This document shows, piece after piece, positions 8,306-16,234 of a stretch of DNA of 32,000 nt. Source of the stretch: Horticoccus luteus (GTDB lineage: Bacteria > Verrucomicrobiota > Verrucomicrobiia > Opitutales > Opitutaceae); NCBI RefSeq assembly GCF_019464535.1, contig NZ_CP080507.1, forward strand, positions 3,240,001-3,272,000, read 5' to 3'. Both the position numbers and the translations under genes were made by a program. Position 1 is the first letter of the stretch; each line of letters begins with the position of its first letter. The notes under the pieces are model-generated. The model had not been told where the DNA came from and searched no databases. It saw only the letters and a list, made by a program, of their open reading frames with translations.

Positions 8306-8773
8306 ATGCCCCCCGTTTCGATCCCCGTCTCCACTTACCTCCTCGTGTCGCTCGTCGCCGGCGTCGTCGGTGCCATCGCCATGTATATCGTCATGCGCCT
8401 GCTCAATGTGCGCAACTGGGCGCATGGCGACATGGTCGCCGCCGTCGGCAGCATGATCACCAAGCGCCGGGAAAACAGCTTCGCCGTCGGCGCGCTCGTG
8501 CACCTGGTCGTCGGTGTCGTCTTCGCATTTCTCTATCTGTTGGGCTTCGCGAGAATCGGTTTCATCCACTTTCCCGCCGCACCGATCGCCGGCCTTTTTA
8601 TCGGTGCATTGCACGGCTCGGCGGTGGCCATCGCCCTGGTGTGGGTTGTCTCGGACCAACACCCCTTGCAGGAGTTTCAACGCGCGAGCCTGGCCGTCGG
8701 CGTGCTGCACTGCATCGGTCACTGCGTCTTCGGCCTCGTCGTCGGCTTGGTGATTGCGAGCTGGCCAATTTGA
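8306..8773 (+). CDS. Four-TM integral membrane protein with HCxxHC motif, function unknown
   Basis: ATG start and four hydrophobic helices. His residues sit in or near the helices (WAHGDM, LVHLVVG, GALHGSAVA), and the last helix carries LHCIGHCVF. Confidence 0.6.
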   Translation: MPPVSIPVSTYLLVSLVAGVVGAIAMYIVMRLLNVRNWAHGDMVAAVGSMITKRRENSFAVGALVHLVVGVVFAFLYLLGFARIGFIHFPAAPIAGLFIGALHGSAVAIALVWVVSDQHPLQEFQRASLAVGVLHCIGHCVFGLVVGLVIASWPI

Positions 8774-8796
8774 ACCGCGGCCGCCGCTGAACCGGT

Positions 8797-9801
8797 TCAG
8801 CTATCCAGGCCGAAAACCGCCTTCGCGTAATTTTCGATCGAGAACGGCTGCAAATCCTCCGGCTGCTCGCCGAGGCCCAGAAAATAAATCGGCACCTTGA
8901 GCTGCCGGTAAATACCCACGAGCGCTCCGCCGCGACTCGTGCCATCGAGCTTCGTCACCACGAGACCGGTCAACCCGAAATGCTGGTGAAACACCTTCGC
9001 CTGCTCGATCGAGTTGCTGCCCAGCGAGCCATCGACCACGAGCCAGCGATGCTGCGGCGCTGACGGATCGTGTTTTTGCAACACACGCCGGATTTTCGCC
9101 AGTTCCTCCATCAGGTTGCTCTTCGTGTGCAACCGCCCCGCCGTGTCGATGATGAGATAGTCGCGTTCGCGCGCCTTCGCCGCCTGCCAGCCGTCAAACG
9201 CCACCGCGGCGGAGTCCGCCCCGGTGTGACTCGCGACAATCTCCAAATCCAGACGCTGGGCCCAACTCTTCAGTTGCTCCACGGCGGCCGCGCGAAACGT
9301 ATCGCACGCCGCCAGCGTCACCGTGCGCCCGTCCTGCTTGAGCTTCCACCCGAGCTTCGCCGCCGTCGTGGTTTTGCCGGAGCCATTCACGCCGATCATC
9401 GCGATGACGATCGGTTTTTTCTCCGCCGCTCCATCCGCTAATTCAGGCGCGCTCCTTTCACCCCGCAACGCGTTTAGTGTAGACGGGGTGCCCTCACCCC
9501 GCAACGCGGCCCCCTCCAGCGTCCCCTCACTCCCCGCCAGCACGCGCCGCAACACCGCCGCACCAATTTCCGCCGCCTGCCGCCCCTGAAGATCCTTGTC
9601 CTTCCCGTAAGCCTTTTTGATCTCGGCGAGAATTTCCGTCGTCGTCTCCACGCCAAAATCAGCCGTGTAGAGCGCCTCTTCGAGTTCCCCGAGCGATGCC
9701 GCGTCGATCTTGCGTCCGCCAAACAACCCGCGCGTTTTCGCCGCGATGCTCGAAACGGTTTTCGAGAAACCTTCTTTGAATTTTTTAAACAGGCCGAACA
9801 T
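8797..9801 (-). CDS. ftsY: Signal recognition particle receptor FtsY (short form, no acidic A domain)
   Basis: ATG at 9801 gives the amphipathic N-terminus MFGLFKKFKEGFSK. SRP-GTPase motifs GVNGSGKTTTAAKL, DTAGR and TKLDGTSRGG. Confidence 0.9.
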   Translation of the reverse strand: MFGLFKKFKEGFSKTVSSIAAKTRGLFGGRKIDAASLGELEEALYTADFGVETTTEILAEIKKAYGKDKDLQGRQAAEIGAAVLRRVLAGSEGTLEGAALRGEGTPSTLNALRGERSAPELADGAAEKKPIVIAMIGVNGSGKTTTAAKLGWKLKQDGRTVTLAACDTFRAAAVEQLKSWAQRLDLEIVASHTGADSAAVAFDGWQAAKARERDYLIIDTAGRLHTKSNLMEELAKIRRVLQKHDPSAPQHRWLVVDGSLGSNSIEQAKVFHQHFGLTGLVVTKLDGTSRGGALVGIYRQLKVPIYFLGLGEQPEDLQPFSIENYAKAVFGLDS

Positions 9802-9878
9802 GGGAAAAGTGATGCCCCAGGCGTGCCAGGTGACAAGCGAGCCGGTGTTCCGGCTCACCACCCGTCACGCGCCACCCC

Positions 9879-10328
9879 TCACTCGGTCGTCACCTTGCGC
9901 GCATCGCGCCCGAGCTGATCCTTCAACCGGTCGAGAATGCCGTTGATGAAGCGCTTCGAGTCGGCGTTGGAAAACTCTTTCGACAGATCGATCGCTTCGT
10001 TGATCGAAACGACCGGCGGAATATCCTTCCGATAAATCATCTCGAAAATCGCCACGCGCATGATGCCGAGGTCGATTTTGGCGATGCGCTCAAATTCCCA
10101 GTTGTGGGCCAGCGTGCGAATGCGGCCATCGATGTCGTCGATGTGTTCCAGCACGCCATGAATCAACTCCTCGCCAAACGCGTAGTGCTCGCGCGGTTGG
10201 TCGAGATGTTCGAAAAACTCCCGCAAATCCTCGAGCAGATTGGCCGGCCGGTTAAGGCTCCACGCATAAAGGTATTGGAGCGCAGCCACCCGGCCGTCGC
10301 GTCGCTGGGCGAACTGGATTTTGCTCAT
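9879..10328 (-). CDS. nusB: Transcription antitermination factor NusB
   Basis: 149 aa with NusB-like RRDGRVAALQYLYAW...IDRILAHNWEFERIAKIDLGIMRVAIFE...VVSINEAIDLSKEF. Classic position after ribH, with a 4-nt start/stop overlap. Confidence 0.9.
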   Translation of the reverse strand: MSKIQFAQRRDGRVAALQYLYAWSLNRPANLLEDLREFFEHLDQPREHYAFGEELIHGVLEHIDDIDGRIRTLAHNWEFERIAKIDLGIMRVAIFEMIYRKDIPPVVSINEAIDLSKEFSNADSKRFINGILDRLKDQLGRDARKVTTE

Positions 10329-10798
10329 CGGGACAATCTCCTGCGCAACGCCGCCATCTCAAGCGCGGCCGTCGCAAATTCTCCGCCGCGGTTGATCTTT
10401 CCGCGGCAACGCGCGACCGCCTGCGGCCGCGTATTGGTCACGATTACGCCATTGATCACGGGCACCCGCGTCTCCACCGCCACCTGTTGCAACGCCGCCG
10501 ACACGCTCGCGCCGACCATCTCATGGTGCGAGGTATCGCCGCCGATCAACACGCCCAGCGCGATCACCACATCAGGCCGCCCCCGCCGCGCCAGTTCGTT
10601 GGCCGCCCACGGCACCTCGTGCGAACCCGGCACGCGCACCAGGATGAGCGCGGTTTCCTTCACGCCGGCGCCCAGCAAACCCTTCATCGTGCGTTCCAGC
10701 AAGGCATCCACCAACGACTCGTTGTAGCGCGCCGCCACCAGGCCGACGCGAAACGCGGAGCCATCGATCGCCGTTGCACTGGGAGCTGCGAGACTCAT
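10325..10798 (-). CDS. ribH: 6,7-dimethyl-8-ribityllumazine synthase
   Basis: 157 aa. Motifs RVGLVAARYNESL, VRVPGSHEVP, VIALGVLIGGDTSHHEMV, PVINGVI and NRGGEFATAALEM. Confidence 0.9.
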   Translation of the reverse strand: MSLAAPSATAIDGSAFRVGLVAARYNESLVDALLERTMKGLLGAGVKETALILVRVPGSHEVPWAANELARRGRPDVVIALGVLIGGDTSHHEMVGASVSAALQQVAVETRVPVINGVIVTNTRPQAVARCRGKINRGGEFATAALEMAALRRRLSR

Positions 10799-10937
10799 GA
10801 ACCCGCTATGCCGAGGCCCAAACGCGCCTGCGGCAACCTAAAACCGCCCGCCCCGCGCCCGACCTAAATCCGCCCGCGCCCCGCAGGCTCCGCGTTGCAA
10901 TATAGGTTGCCCGCTCATCGCCACGGCTAACACCTGC

Positions 10938-12038
10938 TCACCACGTCACCTGCTCGACAATTTCGAGGCCGTAGCCGTCGAGGCCAACGACTTTGCGGTT
11001 GTTGTGCGAGAGCAGGCGGATCTTCCGCAAACCCAGCGCCACCAAAATCTGCGCCCCGATGCCGTAATCGCGAAAATCCATCGGCGGTATCTCCTCCGGG
11101 CGCATCGCCAGCCGCTTCACCAGCTCCGCGCCGCCGTCGGCTTGCTCCATATACAGCACCACCCCGCGCCCCGCCCGCGCCACCGTTTCCAACGAGCCGC
11201 GCAATGCCTTGTAACTGTCGAGACCGCGCATCTGGAAAACATCGCCCAACAGGTTCTCGCTCTGCACACGCACCAGCGTCGGCTCCGGTCCGAGTGTTCC
11301 GATCGTCAACGCCAAGTGGTGCCGCTGGTCGATCAGGCTGCGGAAAACGTGCAGCGTGAAATCGCCAAACTCCGACGCAAACGGCTGCGCGCAGACTCGC
11401 TCAACCAAATGGTCCCGCTTGGCGCGGTGTTCGATCAATTGTGCAATCGAGATCATTCGCAGGCCGAACTTCTCCTTGAACGCGATCAGCTCCGGCAGCC
11501 GTTGCACCGTGCCATCGTCGTTCACCAGTTCGCACAACACGCCGCTGGGATGCAGCCCCGCGAGAATCGCCAGATCGACCGCCGCCTCCGTGTGCCCCGC
11601 GCGTTGCAACACGCCGCCCGGCCGCGCCCGCAACGGAAACACGTGCCCCGGCTGCACGAGCTGCTCCGGCCGCGCCGCCGGATCCGCGAGCAGCTTGATT
11701 GTCTGCGTGCGGTCGAAGGCGCTGATCCCCGTCGTGATGCCTTCCGCGGCATCCACGCTCACCGTGAAATCCGTCCGCTGCACCTCGCGATTCTGCTGCA
11801 CCATCGGCCCAAGCCCCAGGCGCCGCAATTGCGGCTCTACCGTCGGCACGCACACGATTCCGCTGCAGTAGCGGATCATCATGTTCACGGTCGCCGGCGT
11901 CGCCTTCGCCGCCGCCATGATGAGATCACCCTCGTTTTCGCGCGCCTCGTCATCGGTCACGATCACGAGTTTGCCGTCCGCAATATCCTGGACGGCGGCT
12001 TCCACTGAGTCGAAAGGAGTCTGGTCCACGGGACGCAT
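10938..12038 (-). CDS. ribB: 3,4-dihydroxy-2-butanone-4-phosphate synthase fused to a degenerate GTP cyclohydrolase II-like domain (RibBA/RibBX-type)
   Basis: ATG at 12038. The DHBP synthase half is intact (VIVTDDEARENEGDLIMAA...HTEAAVDLA). The C-terminal half aligns with RibA, but VRVQSENLLGDVFQMRGLDSY replaces the canonical ..HSECLTGD....RCDCG. Confidence 0.85.
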   Translation of the reverse strand: MRPVDQTPFDSVEAAVQDIADGKLVIVTDDEARENEGDLIMAAAKATPATVNMMIRYCSGIVCVPTVEPQLRRLGLGPMVQQNREVQRTDFTVSVDAAEGITTGISAFDRTQTIKLLADPAARPEQLVQPGHVFPLRARPGGVLQRAGHTEAAVDLAILAGLHPSGVLCELVNDDGTVQRLPELIAFKEKFGLRMISIAQLIEHRAKRDHLVERVCAQPFASEFGDFTLHVFRSLIDQRHHLALTIGTLGPEPTLVRVQSENLLGDVFQMRGLDSYKALRGSLETVARAGRGVVLYMEQADGGAELVKRLAMRPEEIPPMDFRDYGIGAQILVALGLRKIRLLSHNNRKVVGLDGYGLEIVEQVTW

Positions 12039-12079
12039 ATTGGCGCAGGGGTGCAGGCTCACGACGGCATCCGCCGCTG

Positions 12080-13741
12080 TCAATCGCCCCGCGCCTCACC
12101 AGCGGCCGCCGGAGCGCCTTCGGGCGCGGCCGGCGTTGGCCGCGTCATCGCGAAGGTATGGCCGATCGTGTTCAATTGGCCGCTGATGCGTCGCAACGAG
12201 TTCACCAGGTCCAGGAAATGCGTGCTCGAGGCCATGGCTCCGCTCGCGGTGCTCAGGCGCGCATAGTGCGCCTTCTGCACTTCGATGCACCACTCCTTCA
12301 ACGCGTCGCCCTCTTCCAGAAATTTCCGCGCCAGCCCGCGGTCGCGCGTGGCGAGGACGGAGATCGCCACATCCATGCGCCGCGTCACCCGTGCGTGCAG
12401 CTCCGTCAACACCCCCTCATCCTCCATCGAAAACGTCAATCCGCCCGCCCGCCGGCGTTCGGCGTGACTGCACATTTGCTTGTCGATGATGTCGGCGATC
12501 GATTCGAGCTGACTGGAGAAATTGAGCAGCCCGAACCGCAACTGTTCATCCCGCGGCGTCATCGCATCGGGTGCGATCTGGCTGAGGTATTGTTTGATCG
12601 CGCTGTTCAACTCATCGACGCGATCGTCGTGCTGGCGCACATGACGCGCCAATTCCACATCGCCGGTCTGAATCGCCCGCCAGCACCCTTCCAGCATCGC
12701 TTTGACCTCGTCGGCCAACCGCAACGTTTCTCGCGACGCGTTCGCCAGCGCGAACACCGGACTCGCCAGCGCGCTCGCCTCGAGGTGGGTCGCCACTGAC
12801 GGCATGGCCAGCGCGCTGCTCTCGGCCGGCTTCACGGTGCGCTGCATCAGCCTCGCCAACGGCCCGGCGAGCGCCATCCCCACGAGCAGCACCACCACAT
12901 TGAATGCCGTGTGAAAATCCGCCGTCTGGCGCAACAACGACCCCGGCGTGCCGCCCATGACGCGTTCAAACGTCCCCAACAGCGCCAAGCCCACGATCAC
13001 CGCCGCGCCTTTCAAAACGAGATTCGCGAGCCCCAAGCGCCGTCCCTCCCACGTGCGCATGCCCACGATGAGCGACGTGATGCCCAAACCCAGATTCGCC
13101 CCCAGCACCACCGGCAGCATCAACCGCAACGTCAGATCGCCGCCCTCCGCCGCCGCGAGGGCGAGACCGATGCCCGCCGTCGAACTCTGCGTCGCGAACG
13201 TCAGCACCGCCGCGAAGCACACAAGGATCAAGGGGTAGTTTTGCAGGATGCCGATGATCGTGTTGAAGTCCGCGTTGCCCCCGAGCTGGCGCGTCGCCTC
13301 ACTCGCCAGCGACATCGCGAGGAAGATGAATCCGAGGCCCATCAGCGCCTGGCCGATGCCGCGCACCGTTTCGTTTTTCAAATACTGATAGCCGATCAGG
13401 CCCGCGATGATGAAGATCGCGTGGTAATCGAAAAAGCGAAATGCGATCAACTGCACCGTTACCGTGATGCCGACATTCGCGCCCAGCAAAAAAGCCAGCA
13501 TGCTCTGCGGCGCGAGACGCCCCGCGTTGAGCAATTGCAACGTGAGCAACGTCTGCGCGGTCGACGACGGCGCCACGGTGCCGAACACCCCGCCCGCCAG
13601 CGCCGCCGTCCAGCGCCGCCGGCTCATCCGCTCCAACCACGAATGCAGGCGGTGTCCGAGCAGGCGATCCAGCCCCTTGCGCAGGAAACGAATTCCGAAC
13701 AGGATGAGCGCAACGCTCCCGGCTATGTTCAACAACACCAT
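12080..13741 (-). CDS. Na/Pi cotransporter family protein with C-terminal PhoU-like domain
   Basis: 553 aa. The N-terminal multi-TM region has duplicated Na_Pi_cotrans-like segments (LFGIRFLRKGL..., TQSSTAGIGLALA). The C-terminal half is soluble and helical, with PhoU-like repeats. Confidence 0.85.
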   Translation of the reverse strand: MVLLNIAGSVALILFGIRFLRKGLDRLLGHRLHSWLERMSRRRWTAALAGGVFGTVAPSSTAQTLLTLQLLNAGRLAPQSMLAFLLGANVGITVTVQLIAFRFFDYHAIFIIAGLIGYQYLKNETVRGIGQALMGLGFIFLAMSLASEATRQLGGNADFNTIIGILQNYPLILVCFAAVLTFATQSSTAGIGLALAAAEGGDLTLRLMLPVVLGANLGLGITSLIVGMRTWEGRRLGLANLVLKGAAVIVGLALLGTFERVMGGTPGSLLRQTADFHTAFNVVVLLVGMALAGPLARLMQRTVKPAESSALAMPSVATHLEASALASPVFALANASRETLRLADEVKAMLEGCWRAIQTGDVELARHVRQHDDRVDELNSAIKQYLSQIAPDAMTPRDEQLRFGLLNFSSQLESIADIIDKQMCSHAERRRAGGLTFSMEDEGVLTELHARVTRRMDVAISVLATRDRGLARKFLEEGDALKEWCIEVQKAHYARLSTASGAMASSTHFLDLVNSLRRISGQLNTIGHTFAMTRPTPAAPEGAPAAAGEARGD

Positions 13742-13785
13742 GGTCGCCTTAATGAGCGCGGCCCGCCGAGGCGCGCCGCCGCTGC

Positions 13786-14217
13786 TCAGTCTCGAAAATC
13801 AACCACGTAGTGCTCGTCGATCGGCGCGGCCCCTTCGGGGGCCAGCAGCGAGACAAAGAGTTTGAACGTATGCGGCGGCCGGATGGTTTTCTCCGAGGTC
13901 AACGCCGTGTTGTCCGCATTCGGCGTGAGGAGCGTCCGCTCATCGTTGGGCTGGTAACGCACGCTCCACCGCAACACCGCGCTGCCGACATCCGGCGCCA
14001 CGGGCAACCGCTGCGCATCGTAAAAACGCATCACGAAATTCCCCCCCTCGATCATCAACGACAGGAATCCCGCGTCGCCCCGCGCGACGACCGTGCCGGG
14101 GATCGGTGGCGCTTCGGCCTTCACGCCCGGCTTCACCGGCGCCGCGACCAGCAACGAGGCGAACAACCCGCCCATCGCAATCCAACTCAACACCTGTTTT
14201 ACGACAGGAAAATTCAT
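13786..14217 (-). CDS. Hypothetical exported protein
   Basis: 143 aa with ATG start and an N-terminal hydrophobic signal/anchor (WIAMGGLFASLLVAAPV). I recognise no family. Lies 44 nt upstream of the Na/Pi cotransporter on the same strand. Confidence 0.5.
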   Translation of the reverse strand: MNFPVVKQVLSWIAMGGLFASLLVAAPVKPGVKAEAPPIPGTVVARGDAGFLSLMIEGGNFVMRFYDAQRLPVAPDVGSAVLRWSVRYQPNDERTLLTPNADNTALTSEKTIRPPHTFKLFVSLLAPEGAAPIDEHYVVDFRD

Positions 14218-14369
14218 GCCTCCACGCTAAGTCCTGCGCCCCTCGCGGCAAGCCGCAACCCGCCCTCCGCTCTCTCAATCCGCCACCTGCGCGCCGCATG
14301 TTGAGATTGTGTGCCTGCAATAAATCTTAACACTCCGCCGGCAACGTTCAGAACCCAACCTCACTCCCC

Positions 14370-15167
14370 ATGCGCTCCTGCCGATTGCTCATCCTCCTTG
14401 CCCTCGCGTTGCCGTTCGCGGCGCACGCTTTGACCAATGACGACGTCGTCAAAATGCACCAAGCCGGCCTGTCGGACGACACTATCCTCGTCGCCATCAA
14501 ACCCGACACGGCGCACTTCGACACCAGCCCCGACGCGCTGATCGCGTTGAAGTCCGCCGGCATTTCCGAAGCGGTCATCCGCAAGATGCTTTCGCCCGAC
14601 GGCGAAACCTCGAGCGCGCCGGCAGCCGCAGCGCCGAGCAAGCCCTCCGTGTTCTTCGATCCGATGCCAACGATCGCCCCGCCATTCGTCAACCCGGTCG
14701 CAGGCCAGACCTATTACACGCGATTCACGTTTCACGAAGAAGACGGTGAATATAACACGACCAACTACACCCGCGGCGGCCTCGTGCCGATCAATACAGC
14801 TGTCACCCTGATCGATATGTCGGGCGATGAGATGCGCCTCAAACTCAACGATTCCGGCCGCCGGATTTCCGTGAAGAACAAAGAGAAATATACGAAGAAA
14901 TCGCTGCCCGAATTCGCCCGCTTGATGCTCGCTGCGGAGTCGACGCCTCTGGACAAACTGCCGCCCGAAGTCGCGAAAGCCGTCCGTGAGGGCGAGCTGC
15001 ACAAGGGCATGACCAAGGAACTGGTCCTCATGACGCGCGGCTATCCGCCCGCGCATGAAACTCCTTCGACCGACGGCGACCGCTGGGTTTACTGGAGCAG
15101 TCGTTTCATCAAAATGACCATCCTTTTCACCGATGGCCGTCTGACCGAAGGCCGCGGTATTCCGTGA
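14370..15167 (+). CDS. Hypothetical exported protein with two short AG(L/I)S(D/E) helical repeats and a BamE/SmpA-like C-terminus
   Basis: Signal peptide MRSCRLLILLALALPFAAHA. Repeats DDVVKMHQAGLSDDTILVAI and DALIALKSAGISEAVIRKML. The C-terminal LHKGMTKELVLMTRGYPP...WVYW resembles the SmpA/OmlA fold motif. Confidence 0.6.
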   Translation: MRSCRLLILLALALPFAAHALTNDDVVKMHQAGLSDDTILVAIKPDTAHFDTSPDALIALKSAGISEAVIRKMLSPDGETSSAPAAAAPSKPSVFFDPMPTIAPPFVNPVAGQTYYTRFTFHEEDGEYNTTNYTRGGLVPINTAVTLIDMSGDEMRLKLNDSGRRISVKNKEKYTKKSLPEFARLMLAAESTPLDKLPPEVAKAVREGELHKGMTKELVLMTRGYPPAHETPSTDGDRWVYWSSRFIKMTILFTDGRLTEGRGIP

Positions 15168-15262
15168 TCGGAAAACGGCGCGCCGTGAGCGATCGCCGCG
15201 TCCGCAGCGCGTCCACTTTTGCGCGCGGCCGTTTGCCTTTCGCCGCATCGCAATAAATACCG

Positions 15263-16078
15263 ATGAAAAACGCCCGCTTCCCCGTGCGCGTGTTGCTTTT
15301 GGTCGTGGCCGCACTGCTCCCTCTGCCCGCGGCGCAGGCGTTGATCATTTACGGCGGCTCCGCCGGTCATATTACCGATCCAGGCTACGGCCTCCCGTGG
15401 GCCAACGTCGGTGACACCGGCATTTACCTCGGGGCGTTCGACACTGGCAATTGGGTGATCACCGCCAATCACGTCGGCTCAGCCGGCATTGTGTTGAACG
15501 GCACCGCGTATGCGTCCGTCGCCGGCTCTGCCCAACGCATCGGCACGAGCGACCTGCTCCTCTATCGCCTCGATGTCTCCAGCGCGGGGGCGCCCGACCT
15601 CCCGACTCTCACCTTCTCCGCCAGCACGCCGTCGATCGGCCAACCCATCGTCATGATCGGCGATGGCGGCGGCACCAAGGCATGGGCGACCAATACGGTG
15701 GAGCAATATGCGTTCTATAATCTCGTGGCCGACGGCCCTACGACCCTCGGTTTGATCACCACGGCCAGCGAGGTCGCCGGCGAAGGTCAGGGCCAGAGTG
15801 GCGATTCGGGTGGCGCCATCTTTTACCAGACCGGGCCCTCGTCTTGGTTGCTCTGCGGCGTGTTGAGCGCCATCGGCACCGACAACGGCACGAGCTTCAC
15901 CGCCTCCGCCGCCGTTGGTTACTATTACAACGACATCGCAAATCTCGTTGGCACGCCCATCCCCGAGCCAACGACCTGCGCCCTGCTGCTGGGCGCCCTC
16001 TCGCTCGCGGCCGCGCTCCGTCACCGCCACCACAGCGCCAAACGCGCCCGTCGCCACCCGGAGCGGAGCAGCGCCTAG
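15263..16078 (+). CDS. Trypsin-like serine peptidase with PEP-CTERM sorting signal
   Basis: Signal peptide. Triad contexts ITANHVG (His), SDLLLYRL (Asp) and GQSGDSGGAIF (Ser). C-terminal IPEPTTCALLLGALSLAAALRHRHH gives PEP, a TM segment and a basic tail. Confidence 0.75.
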   Translation: MKNARFPVRVLLLVVAALLPLPAAQALIIYGGSAGHITDPGYGLPWANVGDTGIYLGAFDTGNWVITANHVGSAGIVLNGTAYASVAGSAQRIGTSDLLLYRLDVSSAGAPDLPTLTFSASTPSIGQPIVMIGDGGGTKAWATNTVEQYAFYNLVADGPTTLGLITTASEVAGEGQGQSGDSGGAIFYQTGPSSWLLCGVLSAIGTDNGTSFTASAAVGYYYNDIANLVGTPIPEPTTCALLLGALSLAAALRHRHHSAKRARRHPERSSA

Positions 16079-16154
16079 GCGAGGCGACGAAGCGGAGCGC
16101 GCCGCCGCGATTCTCCCGTTCAACACCGCGGCCAATTCCCTCTCTCGAGCGATC

Positions 16155-16177
16155 ACGTCGCCGCGACGGCAAATTTT
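16155..16177 (+). terminator. Weak intrinsic-terminator-like element after the PEP-CTERM gene
   Basis: cgtcg-ccg-cgacg (5-bp stem, 3-nt loop), then gcaaa and a T5 run (16173..16177). The stem is short, so support is weak. Confidence 0.25.
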
Positions 16178-16234
16178 TCCCGGCCCCGCCCATCGCGATT
16201 GCGTCTGACGTTCGCGTGTTCATTTTTTCCGCCG

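Noticed and set aside
12039-12079. FMN riboswitch upstream of ribBA
   Set aside because: Only 41 nt separate the Na/Pi cotransporter stop from the ribBA start, so there is no room for an FMN aptamer. The 139-nt ribBA-ribH spacer (10799..10937) shows only a loose direct repeat (acctaaaaccgcccgc / acctaaatccgcccgc).
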